Shown here: in pieces, positions 51,701 through 64,000 of the stretch
Layout of the letters: every line of letters starts with the position of its first letter
Numbering within the stretch: position 1 is the first letter of the stretch
Notes under the pieces: generated by a model
What the model was told of the DNA's origin: nothing
What the model saw: the letters and a program-made list of their open reading frames with translations, nothing else
The model's database searches: none
Assembly: GCA_040954595.2 (NCBI GenBank)
Contig: CM082596.2
Coordinates: 2,780,656 to 2,844,655, forward strand
Source of the DNA: Balanoglossus misakiensis
Taxonomy: Eukaryota; Animalia; Hemichordata
Direction: 5' to 3'
DNA: 64,000 bases
Made by a program: the position numbers and the translations under genes

Positions 51701-54700
51701 GCTGTATTAATAAAAATATTGGGTGTCTTCAATCCTAGTTTAGGTTAGGGAACTACTAAAAAATAAATATATTGTCAACTATATATGATATACTTTTTCA
51801 GGTTGAGGACCTCAAGTATAGGGTAAAATGTAGAGTATGCAATTTTCCTATGCTCCTTGCCATTGCTTATGTGCGGATCAGTTGGCAAGTATATTTTCAC
51901 TGCCCCGTTTTGGTCGACCCTGCCTGTCTGTCTGTCTGCGTGCCTGTCTCGCTGTCTGATTATTTCCACTACAAAAATGGAGGTGCCATTTAACGTTTGC
52001 AACCGGAATAAAAGACTTATAAAATATTACAATCTACAACCATTTCCAATCAACCTATCGTTTTGAAACAGTTTAATATTGGCTCCACGCTTGCAATTTT
52101 GGCAATTTCAACAGACGGTTAGATCTTCCACGCCGCAGGGAGAAAACTCGTTAATCGCTAAATCTTCCAGACGATTTCTTTCTGATATCCTGATTTCCGC
52201 TCCAATATGAGTTATTTAAATGCTTATGAAACATTAAACCGTACGCTCATACGTGCAGAACTCGTTCAGTATATATAGCTTGCATGAAACCTTTGCAATA
52301 TTCATACATAATCGGCCGTGTCGCAACCGACTTAAAACATCAACCGTATTAGCGCTTTCTTGCTGGCGGTAGGAAAGCTTTGTCGTGTGCTTTTCCGTTC
52401 TGGTGATTGGATCTTCGCGTTTGCTCCCAGTCACATACATCCGTAATCGGAGTTGTGCGGATCACGCGATTAGCGTAAATCATGCGCTTTCCGAAAGCAC
52501 GGGTGTTCAGCTCGTTTTCCTTTTTGGAAGAATCCTGAATGCGTTTGGTTTTGAAATCGCCCACAGTCTAATCTTTGCATGACATTTTATATGGACCAAA
52601 TAACCTATTATATTAAGGTACACAACGGGTGTCATTATATGAGCATGGCTAGAGCACACATGAAAGGTAGAGAGAGTTCCCTGAGTTGTGTATTCTATCG
52701 ACAGGATAGCTTTCTTAAAAGAGTGACACGTTTTTCTCTCTCATCGTTCAAGTCAAGGAGCATTTGATCACAATCAAACCACCGGGTAGACCATTGAGAG
52801 GAAATGAAGCAAAATGCTCGTTGGACCTCACTGGTGAAAACCTGTCTATGTGGAAACCTATAGAGAAAGGATTTCGTCAAAACAGCTAAGGTATTAACAT
52901 TGAGAAAAGATCAGCTAGACATAGAGCGAAACATTGTTCGAAGAAAGTGAAAAGATTGTCTTGAAGGTAGTATTCGGCTCGAAAATCTGAGCTCAAACCT
53001 TTTCTCACATTTTGGTCAAGGCAACCTTAGATTGCTCTCTTAAAATCAAGAATAAAAGCCGTCACCAGGAGAAAAGTATAAATTTTCCCTAATTATCCAT
53101 GTAAAGAGCGAGACGGGACGAACAAATCTTGCCTGACGCGCAAAGAGAGCGTTTTTGTCTTTGTTTGTGCCGGGTAAAGGCAAGGGGTGCCATAGGGGCG
53201 ATAATAATCAGCCTGTGTGTGATAAGGATGGTACTGCGTACCTAAGGAAATATATATACTTTTATAGAATGCTAAATATAATTGGATGTAAATTGCCTCA
53301 GATGAGAAACATCTACGTTTACAAACGCTACAAGAAGAGACCGACCGCTTCTGTATTTACTGTCTTAAAAGTGCAGTAAAAGTTCTTGTTTTGAAAAATT
53401 GTATGGGTAAATGCCTTGTATTTCATTAATGACACCTTCACAAGCAGAAACGCCCAGGGTTTAACGAAGTAAAAGTTCATAGCGTAATAATGTTAACACA
53501 GCCCATCATGTCCAGAAGGTGTTAGTGCTAGTTTAGTTTAGGAAATATAATTCCGTGAAGATAACCAATGATGAAAACTTTTTTCCATGGTCAAAAACTT
53601 TCAATGAAGTTTTGTCTGAAAACAGAGCATGGTGACTGTGTATTTAAGTTGACATTTCTATTTCTAGGGTGTTCTTAATGCGCTGATGTCTGAATATGGC
53701 AGCAGTAATAGTTTTTTAACATCTTTCCAATTATTTGCTAGTTTTAGTCATCGATTACTTACATTGAAAAGAAGTTCAACGAAATGAAGCCATTTTGTTG
53801 TCTGCCAAATCAATAATTCATCCCCTCCCGGAAAGATTAATCTCAGCTTTAGGACTCCATATTGGGTATCAAATATTGGGAAGTTTTGCGATTATTAGCT
53901 CCTTAATCCAACTTTTTATGAAATCGATGACTTTTATTACCCTTCGGGCAAAGTATCAGATGACTGGAAAGTTCTAGTGCGTGAACACAGCGTAACATTT
54001 TTCAGACATGTGTCACTTGTGATGACGAATATTCAAAATTTAACCCAAAACTTTTGTACACTAGTATGTAACATTAGTATTTTCACATTTTGCCTCGATG
54101 AAGGGTGGCATCGGAGATCAAGCGAGTAGCGACTCTAATATATGGCAGACAGATTAACAGGTGAAAACAAGTTCTCATAATTATGGATATCAAAAAGATC
54201 CCCAAAATAGATTCTGAAGATGACGATTTGGCCCTTTAATCGATCCACTTATGATGTGGACAGTATCACGCCAATAGCATGATCTGGGGAGGGAGACTTA
54301 TAATTCACATCGCATATCACACGCGGTGTTCAACCTGGATAGAGGAAATTGTCGTCGGAAATTGATTCTTGTTGTCGATTAAAGCACAAAGAGGCGGAGA
54401 GACTATACTTTCTGAGTGCCATCTGAAACCGTGAGCAACATGTATGGAAGCGAATAACACAACACCGTGGCCGTGGTAGAAATCCCCTTCATGTGTAAGG
54501 AATTAATTGTTCATCTATTACGCGGTTGGTTGTCTCATAAAACCCCCGGAACCTTTAAATATGACAGACGGAGGAAGAATCGAAGTGATTTACTTGATAT
54601 AAACTTAAATATCACCCGCGACTGTTTTTCATAGCTCTGCACGATACTGTCGAACTCAAATCATGCCTGGCACCTATCAAACAATAGCATGCTCAGAATA

Positions 54701-56437
54701 TTGATCAAAATATGATTGATAGTGTAGTATGCATTACACGTTTTCTATGTCACATTTGTCCAATAAAAACTGAAAAGAAAATCACGTTTGATCAAGAGGT
54801 CAAAAGAGAGGGAAATGTTAATGTTTTGATGACAATAAAACTTTCAAATACGGTAGAATGCACGCACACGTATCCCTAGCTTTATACACAGTCATCCGTA
54901 TCTTTTAAATGCAAAGTCGAGAAATTATCATTTCACAGTCGGTATTTTGCAGCTTCGTGCCTGAACGCTTGGCCTTCACTTCCGTGCGCTCTAAGATCAA
55001 ACCTGGATGGAATTTGTTTTTCAGTGCAAAAAGGAACCCGACTCTTTTTTTTCTGGGACTGTACATAATTGCCTTCTAACATTCAATCTCACCTGTAAGG
55101 CTTGATGGTGATATAGAGAAGAAGAAAATTGCCGTAATGCGCAAGTTTTAGATAGATTTGATACTGAAAAAAACGCTGAGAAATGGCGCCAATTGATAAA
55201 ATACATGATAAACACACAAAATGCTGTTATGTGAGTGAAATCCATTCCGTATTTTCTTCAAGTGAGCTCTAAGTCACGATTCAGAACCCAACTGTGCAGT
55301 CTCGTTATAAACATTGTTTTGCGCAAAGGACAGACTGAGAGAATCATTAAGTGAAACCAGCTGTGATCATGGATGTAAATTGCTCCTCCAAGAATCCATG
55401 AATAGCCTATTTTCATAAAGGAGAAAATTTGATGAATTTGATGGTGAACGTGACAATTTGATTTGAATCAGTTGGTGCGTTAACGGGTTGGACAGTAAGT
55501 ATTTAGACCTTGATTCGTGATAAAAAGTGCATTGAATTATTCGATTGCAAAGGAAATGTCCACTTTTGTCGATTTGTTCATCAAGTGCTCAACCAGAGCT
55601 CTATTTATCGTTAAGGAGGCCATTTATCATATTGTTAAGGTCCCCTGTTCCACCAATTGCCAATTTCGCTTCGTGGTGATATCCGTTGAAGTGCAAATCT
55701 TATAGGAGACGGACATGATTGCGGCGCTGCCTAGCGTGAACACATCACGCTGCATTAAAGGCCTGTGTTTCTTGATATTGGCATTTCTAAAAACCCTTTG
55801 TGCACAGAAGTGGGAAAGATAGGGGAAACAATCAGTTGTGCATAACACGTGCCCCTTTAAACAAACATGTATGGGTGGCAAGCCGGCAACTTCATCATAG
55901 TCGCAATATTAAAGTTTGTGTAAAAGACATCAACAAGTGCACGCTAGCTAATTGTTAATATACAACTGGTCATAAATAAATAAATGAAATAGGTTTGTTT
56001 TGTTGACGATTCCTCTAAAACCGTGGCTTTTTTGCAACGGTGTTGACTTTAAATGTATTAAAAATCATATGCTTCACGAGTTCATGTCTTTCAACTATAT
56101 CTAGCCAGGCAAAAGCAACGGTTTTTTACCGCACAATTTAATTTCGCAGTAGCAAGTTTAAAGTCTATCAGTGGCCGGAAAAGAATGAAATCATAGCGAA
56201 AACAGGCATAACAGACAAAACAAAACACGTCCTACCTTTGAATAGATTCAACATGTCTTTTCCAAACTCTTCAACCATGTGCTGTTTGTCAGAAGACGCT
56301 AGATCGTTGTCGGAGAGGTCCAACCCGGGATGCTCAGATCGGCTGGCCAGGAACCTCTGACTCCCACTTACTGTCACGAACCGGACCGCGGCAATTGCGA
56401 CGAGAAGAAGAAGACCAAACGCGGCTTGTCTAGGCAT
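45669..56437 (-). CDS. Predicted secreted protein: signal peptide plus seven LDL-receptor class A modules, about 393 aa
   Basis: complement join(56236-56437,49348-49515,49066-49191,48732-48857,47927-48046,46610-46729,46193-46333,45865-46007,45669-45704) = 1182 nt in frame. Each middle exon holds one 6-Cys module ending SDE..C. Linking the signal-peptide exon across a 6.7-kb intron is inferred from phase and orientation; further small exons are possible. Confidence 0.75.
45865..46007 (-). CDS. LDLa module 7 exon
   Basis: NYECPEGMVKCSSNTQCIYAEWQLCDGEVHCVDGSDEAFCDIAGRDS. Confidence 0.9.
46193..46333 (-). CDS. LDLa module 6 exon
   Basis: NDQDLDWTLCLDGVTTKCANGKQCFLNKLRCDGKRACSDGSDEWDC. Confidence 0.88.
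46610..46729 (-). CDS. LDLa module 5 exon
   Basis: [39 protein letters not shown]. Confidence 0.9.
46884..46974. mobile_element. 91-bp palindromic MITE-like insertion
   Basis: TAGTCTG...CAGACTA inverted termini, internal GC-rich stem CGCTGCTGGC/GCTAGCGGCG. Confidence 0.45.
47927..48046 (-). CDS. LDLa module 4 exon
   Basis: EMTCPPGMVKCDDDRQCYEKKWTCDGVVDCATGSDEINC. Confidence 0.9.
48732..48857 (-). CDS. LDLa module 3 exon
   Basis: NYTCHKGLVKCNDQLQCIAEEWLCDMYVDCKDGSDEVTKTC. Confidence 0.9.
49066..49191 (-). CDS. LDLa module 2 exon
   Basis: NHTCLKGLVKCNDQAQCIAEEWVCDFYVDCNDGSDEVAEKC. Confidence 0.9.
49348..49515 (-). CDS. LDLa module 1 exon
   Basis: ...HCGPQQFTCKDGTQCVEDWARCDGSVDCDDLSDELNC. 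Confidence 0.9.
52964..53066 (+). mobile_element. Degenerate interspersed repeat (MITE-like end), copy A
   Basis: AAGGTAGTAT...GAAAATC...TTCTCA...TCAA.GCAAC...GTCACC aligns by eye with 58462-58574. Confidence 0.5.
56236..56437 (-). CDS. LDLa gene exon 1 (signal peptide)
   Basis: MPRQAAFGLLLLVAIAAVRFVTVSG...KDMLNLFK, phase-1 donor GTAGGA. Confidence 0.65.
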
Positions 56438-58461
56438 GGTCGAACACTGCCGATGTATAGAAAGGGGCCGGGAATCGAGCGACTTGGAGAGCGTTGTGCG
56501 AGCCTGCCTGCCACAGATATACCGCCTGGTGCTTCTCCTGTGTCTTCGGAGACGAGAAAATCTCTGTTGAAATATAAGTACATCATATCGCTTATTTATT
56601 TATTTATGACAAAGCAGTGGTCATGTGACTTGTCACTATGAAACGATATCCTCCGTCTCAAGTATACCGTCCCGACAGGCTTTGAGCTGATCATTTTGAT
56701 CAGTTCCCTGAGTGATATACGAATCGGCGTATCGCTGTCACGACAATCGTATCTTTTTTTCTATATACCTTCGCAAATATGCCTCGAGGGTTCAACCGGT
56801 TTTAAATGAAATTAAACGGCAATTTTTTCAATTACTGCAAATGCGGATTGTGGCGCCAGTATGTGATCTAACGAGAGCCCCTCGAAATTTAAAATAGAGA
56901 AATTCAACGTCTTCCTCTCCCTCTCTCTCCTCTGCCTGACCCTCCCTCCCTCCCAATACCGTTCTAATTATATTCCTTTCCGATTTAACCTGGTCAATAA
57001 CATAATATATAGCAAGCAATCGACTTTTCACCACCAAGAGGTCAGAGAGATATGACCTATGCAGGTGGAACAGACAAGTGTTACTATATTCGTTCGCAAC
57101 AAGCTAAGTACAGCGATCAATAATAACCCGAAATCGAATCTGGATCCCAGACAGAAGAGTACAAAGAAATCAGGCAGAGATGCATATTTAGTATTTACTA
57201 TAACGTTCATGTTAGCTATATAGTTGCTGACAGAAAATCCGAGTCTCTCACCCTGTTATAGATAAACCGAAGAAAGTACATACTGATTCTATAGTTCGGT
57301 TTGATGGGAGCAAACATACTGTCGTGTTAATTCCAGACCTTTCAAAGTTTAAAATAATGCATGAATTGTTCGTACATTTCGGCATACTTGCGAAATGAAA
57401 TGTGTTACATGTACACACCACGAAGAAAATTAAAAATTATAAGGTTCCTTTCTCGAAACCTTAATAATAATTTGATGTAATCCATTAGTTCATAACGGCG
57501 GCTAGTACAAAAGTTCGTTGTCATAGCAATACATGTATCTCTAGCTAATCTATGAACGTATATCCAACATAGGAATAAATATTTCAATATGAATCATCCA
57601 GAATATCTTTCAGGCAAGATTGGCAGTACGCCGACCCTCGCTCATCGTTCGCAAGAATTGCCATCATACCCATCCATAAGATCATAGGTCATTTATCACG
57701 TTGTCTGGTGTTTCGAAAATAGTAAGCAGTCCTGCCCACCAGTACATTCCACCGCTGCCAACTTTAGATCCATTTTATTCAAATCACAAGCATTCTAGGC
57801 CTGAATAATTACACGCAAAGCTAGAGTTGCAAGTTGTGCAGTCTAAAAGACAACTTAAACATCTGCTAATCCATCAGTCGACAGTTACTGTCGCCCGTGT
57901 CTTTAACCAGATGGTGTATCTGAAAAGCCAGTGACTAATGAAGAGAATTATTCATTTCTAATAATTCCGTGCTGCATAAATCATTATCATATTCATAAAT
58001 TTTCAATAAGGGTTGGTTTAATCCCCTTTCTGTAACATTACATCTGTGGTGTCTGTCTTCTGCTTTTTTTTTGGGGGGGGGGGGAGACCTCCCTCACTCA
58101 TCATAGATAGTCGATCGTTTTTTGATGATTTGATATCCTTTTGTCGAGATGCATTTTCCGATGATTTTCTCGCGCTGCATGTTTCCGGACGAGACGCCAA
58201 ATTAAAACTGTCACACTGTGCAGCAAAATTGATCTGTTGTTGTAATTTTGCGCGTACAGGTTGAGACTTCCTGTTCTGTTGTAACGCAACGGCCGCTAGG
58301 CGAAAAGGAAACTTCGTGAAACAACAAATCAATACATATAGTTAGGCCAAAAGAGTTTACGTTGAACACGATTACTTTCTATTTTAATTAGTATGGTTGC
58401 CGTATCCCGTATGTCTCATTATATATATCGAGTTATGCTGGAAGTGTTCTTTGGACGCCTT

Positions 58462-58640
58462 AAGGTAGTATGCACTTTGAAAATCCAAGTCTAAAACTTC
58501 TCATTATTTGCTCAATGCAACTTTGGATAATTCCTTCTTAACGTTGAGGATGAAAATTGGAATTTGGGGTCACCGTGAAAAATTTACAATGAGAGAGAAA
58601 TGTTGTCTTAAATGGGAAATTCAAAATGGCCGCCAGTGTG
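58462..58640 (+). mobile_element. Degenerate interspersed repeat (MITE-like end), copy B
   Basis: colinear similarity to 52964-53066, continuing to TTCAAAATGGCCGCC. Confidence 0.5.
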
Positions 58641-61600
58641 TTATCTCTAAGGAGAAAAAATGGTGAGTAAACAAAGTGGAAACTTAGCCGGGAATTTTCA
58701 GAGAGGTGAAGGGGCGGGGAGGAAGTTTTGGATACCCAGCAATGATAGTCATATTAAGCGCATGATATCATAAAAATGACAAAATAATTCCAAGTCAAGT
58801 GTTTTAACATTTAATGTTTACCCTTTACTCACTGACAAAGAAACCTTACATAGAACTTGCTAATGTGTGCGGAGGTGCTTCTAGCGTGGAAAGATGGTTT
58901 CCAAGCGTTTGATCGTGTTAATCTACTTTTTTAGAAGACACGCTTAAATATTTTGTGATGCCTTCCAGGCGAGTATTAAAATGTCTGAAACCATAGGAAA
59001 TCATCAGTTCTGCTGGCAAAGTAATATAGTCTTTGCGTCAGCACATATGAGGTGTAAAAAGCCAGGAATCGAAAACGCTGATGTGTTTAGTACGGGTAAC
59101 TTCTTTCATTGATAACAACGTCCCATTTGAGTACTTTAAACCAAAATCTGCTGTACGATTCTTCAAGGTATAAATTAACGTTATGAAACCCAGAACCTCG
59201 GCATTTTTCAGATCGGCGCAAAACACTGGTTTCTAGTTCAAATAATTTTAGATCCCCCTCCCCACAATTCAGTCGCTTTGTGCAACGCAATTCTATCGGT
59301 GCGGAGCCTGAATACCCAAGAATTGTGGCACCGTCGGCCCGATCAAAATAGCTATCATTTTGCAAAATGGCATTGGCGAGTGTAAAAAGCTTTTTGTCGT
59401 GACAGACATCTCCGGGGATTGCCTACTGTAACCAAATCCCACCGACCACCACTTCCCCAGGGGCCTTGTGTCATATTCCAGTTTTGTCGATCAAATACCC
59501 AATTTTGTCGACTTCGTATGGTGTGAAAAACTTTTAATGCGTCGAAATCATCCCACGCGGACAGACTCTTAAATTCTAATTCCGGATAGCATCGTATTTC
59601 TTTGTATCTTCGTAGCAGACGAAAAGAATTATTTTCTCCACCTTGCTTTTAAAAGAGAACGGGGTTGGATTCGATTTTGCTACGACCCGATGAAGACGCA
59701 AAAGTTTCTTTCACATTCGTGTTTGTTTGCCGAAATAAACCATACACCTGACTAACGACGCCAAAAAAGTGAATCCGTAAGATACAATGACAATAACAGA
59801 ATGCTTTCGCGGTTCCCATGACAACCCCGATGAAGTCGACAAGCACGTGTTTTCGACAACTGACCGGTGGCATCTGCGTCATGTCGATTGTGCTGATTGC
59901 GCAGGGACCATCGGAAGTGGCTTAAACGATCGCTTTGAGCGTCCATGATGTAAACCGGTGCCACGGAGAAACATTCACCAGTGGCAGAAACCTGTCAACT
60001 CTACGTGAGCACGCACAAAGCGTTTGACGTCAGAAAGCGGAGATGGATTTACTGAGGGTGTGCAATGTTGCCCTTGGGCGATCCGCAGCGACAAGAGGTT
60101 TCTAGCTGGCTCGGTGTCCCATGTACGAAGCAAACAATCTGCTTTTCTCGTGTGAAGCAGGATGCGCCGGATTTGCCGCCTGTCACGTGACGGGAGTGCA
60201 CAGATCTTTGGTTGATATCTCTGCTCGTCACCTTCTCACCGGGGTCAGTCGAATGGCACACGTACATGCAAGTCAGCTCAAACAAGTATCCCTGTTAATT
60301 TCCTCCTGCATCCCCTGAAAATCCTCCGTGCCCACCGGAGGTAAATTTTGAACACTCCCTAATACACGTCAGTCGCCCTTCGGTTTTGCATGTACCTGTG
60401 CCATGGCAGCAATTTGCTACCTGAAACGATCACGGCTTTAAAGTAACTTTTTGTTTGCTATGCGCTCAGGATAGACCATCAGTGTGTAGGATGTTCGGTT
60501 GGAACAGTATGCATGGCATATATGTTCCACGGTTTGAGATTTTTCTTCCTCTGGTGGTGTTTTCTACCACCAAGAATCTGGATTACCCTTTGTCTGTGTT
60601 TAATCACATATTCGGTTTATCCTCGCAGCACGACTCTTACTCTGTGCTATCGACGTGTTTCTGCCCTCTGGAGTTGTCTTAACTACTACGGATCTGCATC
60701 AGCGTGACACCTGCGTTTCATGCCCTGATATGGATTGCAATTTCGTACCAGTAAATTCGTGCAAACAAGAGACCCCGCAGGTCTCTCTCCCTCTCTCTTT
60801 CCAGTACCTCATGGAACATAGACCCCAGTATTACCCTGGATATGCCTAATCAAGTTACCCATGATTCACCGCGCATCATGGTATCATAAAGCAGTCGATC
60901 TCTACAAAATGCCTTCAAGGTAATCAGGATATTGCTCTGATGCAAAGTACATGTATTCCTCTGAGAAGTTTTTAATAAGTTAAGATTTTAAAATCTAAAG
61001 ATCAAGCTCGCTGATATGACATTCGCGTCAACCATTATATTTCTTCTCAGGGTTGAGCGGTGTAAATGGTTTAGGGAATCGCAAAGGACGTGTACATCAT
61101 AAGTGGACACGCTCCAGACCTCATGTATGCTTTGTGCGTCACCATGAACAGTTCAAATGAGATCTCTGGCAGCAACAGGTCTGGCTGGGAGGTTGAAGCT
61201 GTGTTTTACTGTGCTCACTTCCCGAATGCCTAGGAGCATTTCTTTTGTCGTTACATACAATAAGGCATTTCTACATTTGAATTACTGATACTGAGAAGGG
61301 AAACCTGTTATTTACAACAAAAGTACATATATAAATGCATTCAATTTGTTCATTCTTCCGACTTCATAGCAGCATGATATCCGCGTTGGGTCACGACACG
61401 CCATCTCACACGTGTTAGTTTTCCGGCAGAAAAACGCCTATCACTGAACACGATTTTATGGCAGGGATAATACTTAATAGATCAATTTGGTGATCAGAGT
61501 CATCACCTGTTCTGTACGTACCGGATGGTCTTCTTTTGTGTTTCTTAGTCAGGGTTGATGAGGTCTCTTCTCGGTTGGTGAAAGCGTCTGTGGGTTGACC

Positions 61601-62536
61601 GATGTCTCTTCTGAAGGACTGTGTATATACAGTGGCAATTTACTGTTTGCCAAGTTTAGTTTTGACTATGAGTCTTCAAATCGCTGTTGTCATTGGCGAT
61701 TGGCAGAGTGTTCTTCTAGCAAATTTCAATTTATTCATGGTACCTGGCCGCTGAAAACAGTCCATTAAAAGCTTGGAACGTCACGAATAAAGTGTTACGG
61801 TTTACCTGTGTTTCTACTTTATCTCTTACGAAGTCCTTGGCCTGTCTGTTTTTCTGTCCAACACTTTTCTTATTAAGATGCTTTCATGTGTTCATGGAGC
61901 ATAATCCACATGTTGTGCTTGCCGATTATGTTACTAATTGAAGTGTATACTCTTGAAGATGTTGCTATGACTACGACTACAAGGTACTGTTATTATTGAT
62001 ATGGGTGTGAAATTTATTTAACCTTAGAAATGTCAGTCTAAAATCGCTTCATTGTTTATTTTATGAACAATGTTAGATATACGTGCACATGTGATAAAAA
62101 TGGCACGGGCAGGTATAGCAGAAGTTGACCTGGTAATCAAAGTGTTTTTATGATCTTACCAGGAACTTAATAAATAGACCAATTTCCGTAAACCCCTCCC
62201 CATTTCCCTTTCCCCTCTCTCTGATTTTATCACCGAGGGCTGTCATCTTTTTTCTCGCCATTACATGACAAACACATCGATTATTTACGTGCAAATTTCA
62301 CTGAATACGGTACGTGCGTCACTGGATGCATGTTTTCTGTAATAAGCTGAGCTCAGCGTGGGTGTAAACGTGATCGTGACGTGTTCTGATGGAGCAATAT
62401 AAACGTGAAATCGTGTTGTACAGGTTATGCCCCGTTCTTAAAGACTAATTCCCACGTTGTCACCTTGACCTAGTAGTATAGAATTTTTTAATCAGTGACA
62501 ATTACTGTGCCAAATTTGACGGAACTTGCAACACGT

Positions 62537-62702
<166 letters not shown>

Positions 62703-63619
62703 TTTCTAATTTAATCAAGTTCTCACACGGGGGTGTAGTTCATACGCTCTCTCACAATCCCAACAACCCCCACCCCCGCCTACCCACAATATTGTCCTCA
62801 GCATTTCAGCCTAGCAAAACAACACCTCGCTGGTTTCATGTGCCAGACGTCTTGCTTTTTAACCCGTCGAGGGCGCATCAGTGTTCAATATGTAAAGAGC
62901 CTCGTAGCTAGGACGTGGGCTGTGTGACTGAGTCTCAGCATACTTTCTAGATCATAAGCGGATTAGTTACTTTTCTTAAGCTTACGTCTCAGGTGAGAAA
63001 TAATATATTATAAATAAGCGAATAAACAAGGTTTCTGGTTAAAGTATTCCACCGTAGATAACCTTTAAACCTTCCACCCTCATTTCCCTGCATTAAAGAG
63101 GTATAACCTTACCATTAATGGATTTCGACCAGACCATGGTGCCCACGCCCCATAGAATCACTTGCAGGAAAATGCTATTACGCTAACCACCAAGGAAACA
63201 TCAATTTTGTCAAAACGCTTTCTGAATTTCAAACGCGAAAACATCGAGTTTCTAGCCGCATTTGTATCCTGGTGTTGGTTATTTTAGCACGATATTATCC
63301 TAAAGGCTAAACGTAAATCGAGATTTATTGAACACAAATCAACACTATCTTTGAAAGGAAGCGGAAACATCTATTCACAGTTATAAAGTCGATTCTCTAT
63401 CCCTTACGTATCGATTTCCACTGGATATTTTCCCCCATGAAATAGATTTTTCATATGTCAGAGATTTTTAATATGTCAGTGACAGTGTAATTTGTAACCG
63501 ATATTTTCCCTGGAAAAACACACCGCGAGATTGTCAGTGTGTTTATGCAAAAGTCAAAGCTTTTTATAAGGTTGTAATGATAAAAATTTGACAGAAAACA
63601 CCTCTCTCTCTCATATCGG

Positions 63620-63915
63620 TGTGCACCGGATGTGACGTCAATGTATATGATTGGGGTTTTATGATAAACCGAATGCTTTGGGGGAAACGTTAATATACTA
63701 GATTAAAACCATGTAGGCCTAAGTAGGAAACGATTTCAGTAATGATATACACAAGTACATGTACACACTGTACTCATTATTCTGGGCCGTGGCCATGGCC
63801 ACGGTTACTAGTGTTGAAAACAAAAGTATTCACTAAACCGTCGTAGATAGCGCCATTAACTGCGCGCTGGTTAGTGCGCAGCATAGTGTTGCTAGGTGAT
63901 CGCCATTTTGTTGCT
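63620..63915. promoter_or_regulatory. Probable promoter of a gene at or beyond the right edge
   Basis: CCGGATGTGACGTCA (ETS-CRE) at 63626-63640, GATTGG, X-box-like GTTGCTAGGTGAT ~63888, YY1-like CGCCATTTT at 63901; locally CpG-rich. Confidence 0.45.
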
Positions 63916-64000
63916 GTGTTGACATCGATCGCAGCAGCGGATAATCACTTAGTTAGTGACAAATCAATATTGCCTTTATTTTGTTGTAAAACTTGAATTT

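Noticed and set aside
59087-59365. 92-aa minus-strand ORF
   Set aside because: No recognisable family, splice signals or promoter context.

Overview
AT-rich animal genomic DNA with spliceosomal (GT-AG) introns and microsatellites. An invertebrate deuterostome (hemichordate, echinoderm or amphioxus-like) is my inference, not something the sequence proves. Four intron-containing genes can be rebuilt exon by exon with consistent phases: (1) GPD2, mitochondrial FAD-dependent glycerol-3-phosphate dehydrogenase (+, 15 coding exons, 23058-38505, 724 aa); (2) SEC61B (-, 41754-40360, 96 aa); (3) a 292-aa gene (+, 42705-44302), head-to-head with SEC61B, that encodes only the C-terminal tail of kinesin KIF9 and has no motor domain; (4) a predicted secreted protein with a signal peptide and seven LDL-receptor class A modules (-, 56437-45669, about 393 aa). 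The first ~21 kb has no recognisable protein-coding sequence but carries several clusters of CRE, CArG/SRE, MEF2, CCAAT and TATA motifs typical of immediate-early genes. Given the vertebrate NR4A2-GPD2 neighbourhood, this may be the regulatory landscape of an NR4A gene just off the left edge (inference). The most notable candidates are the motor-less KIF9-tail gene, the immediate-early-type regulatory region and the soluble LDLa-only protein. No tRNA, rRNA, CRISPR array or autonomous transposon was recognised.
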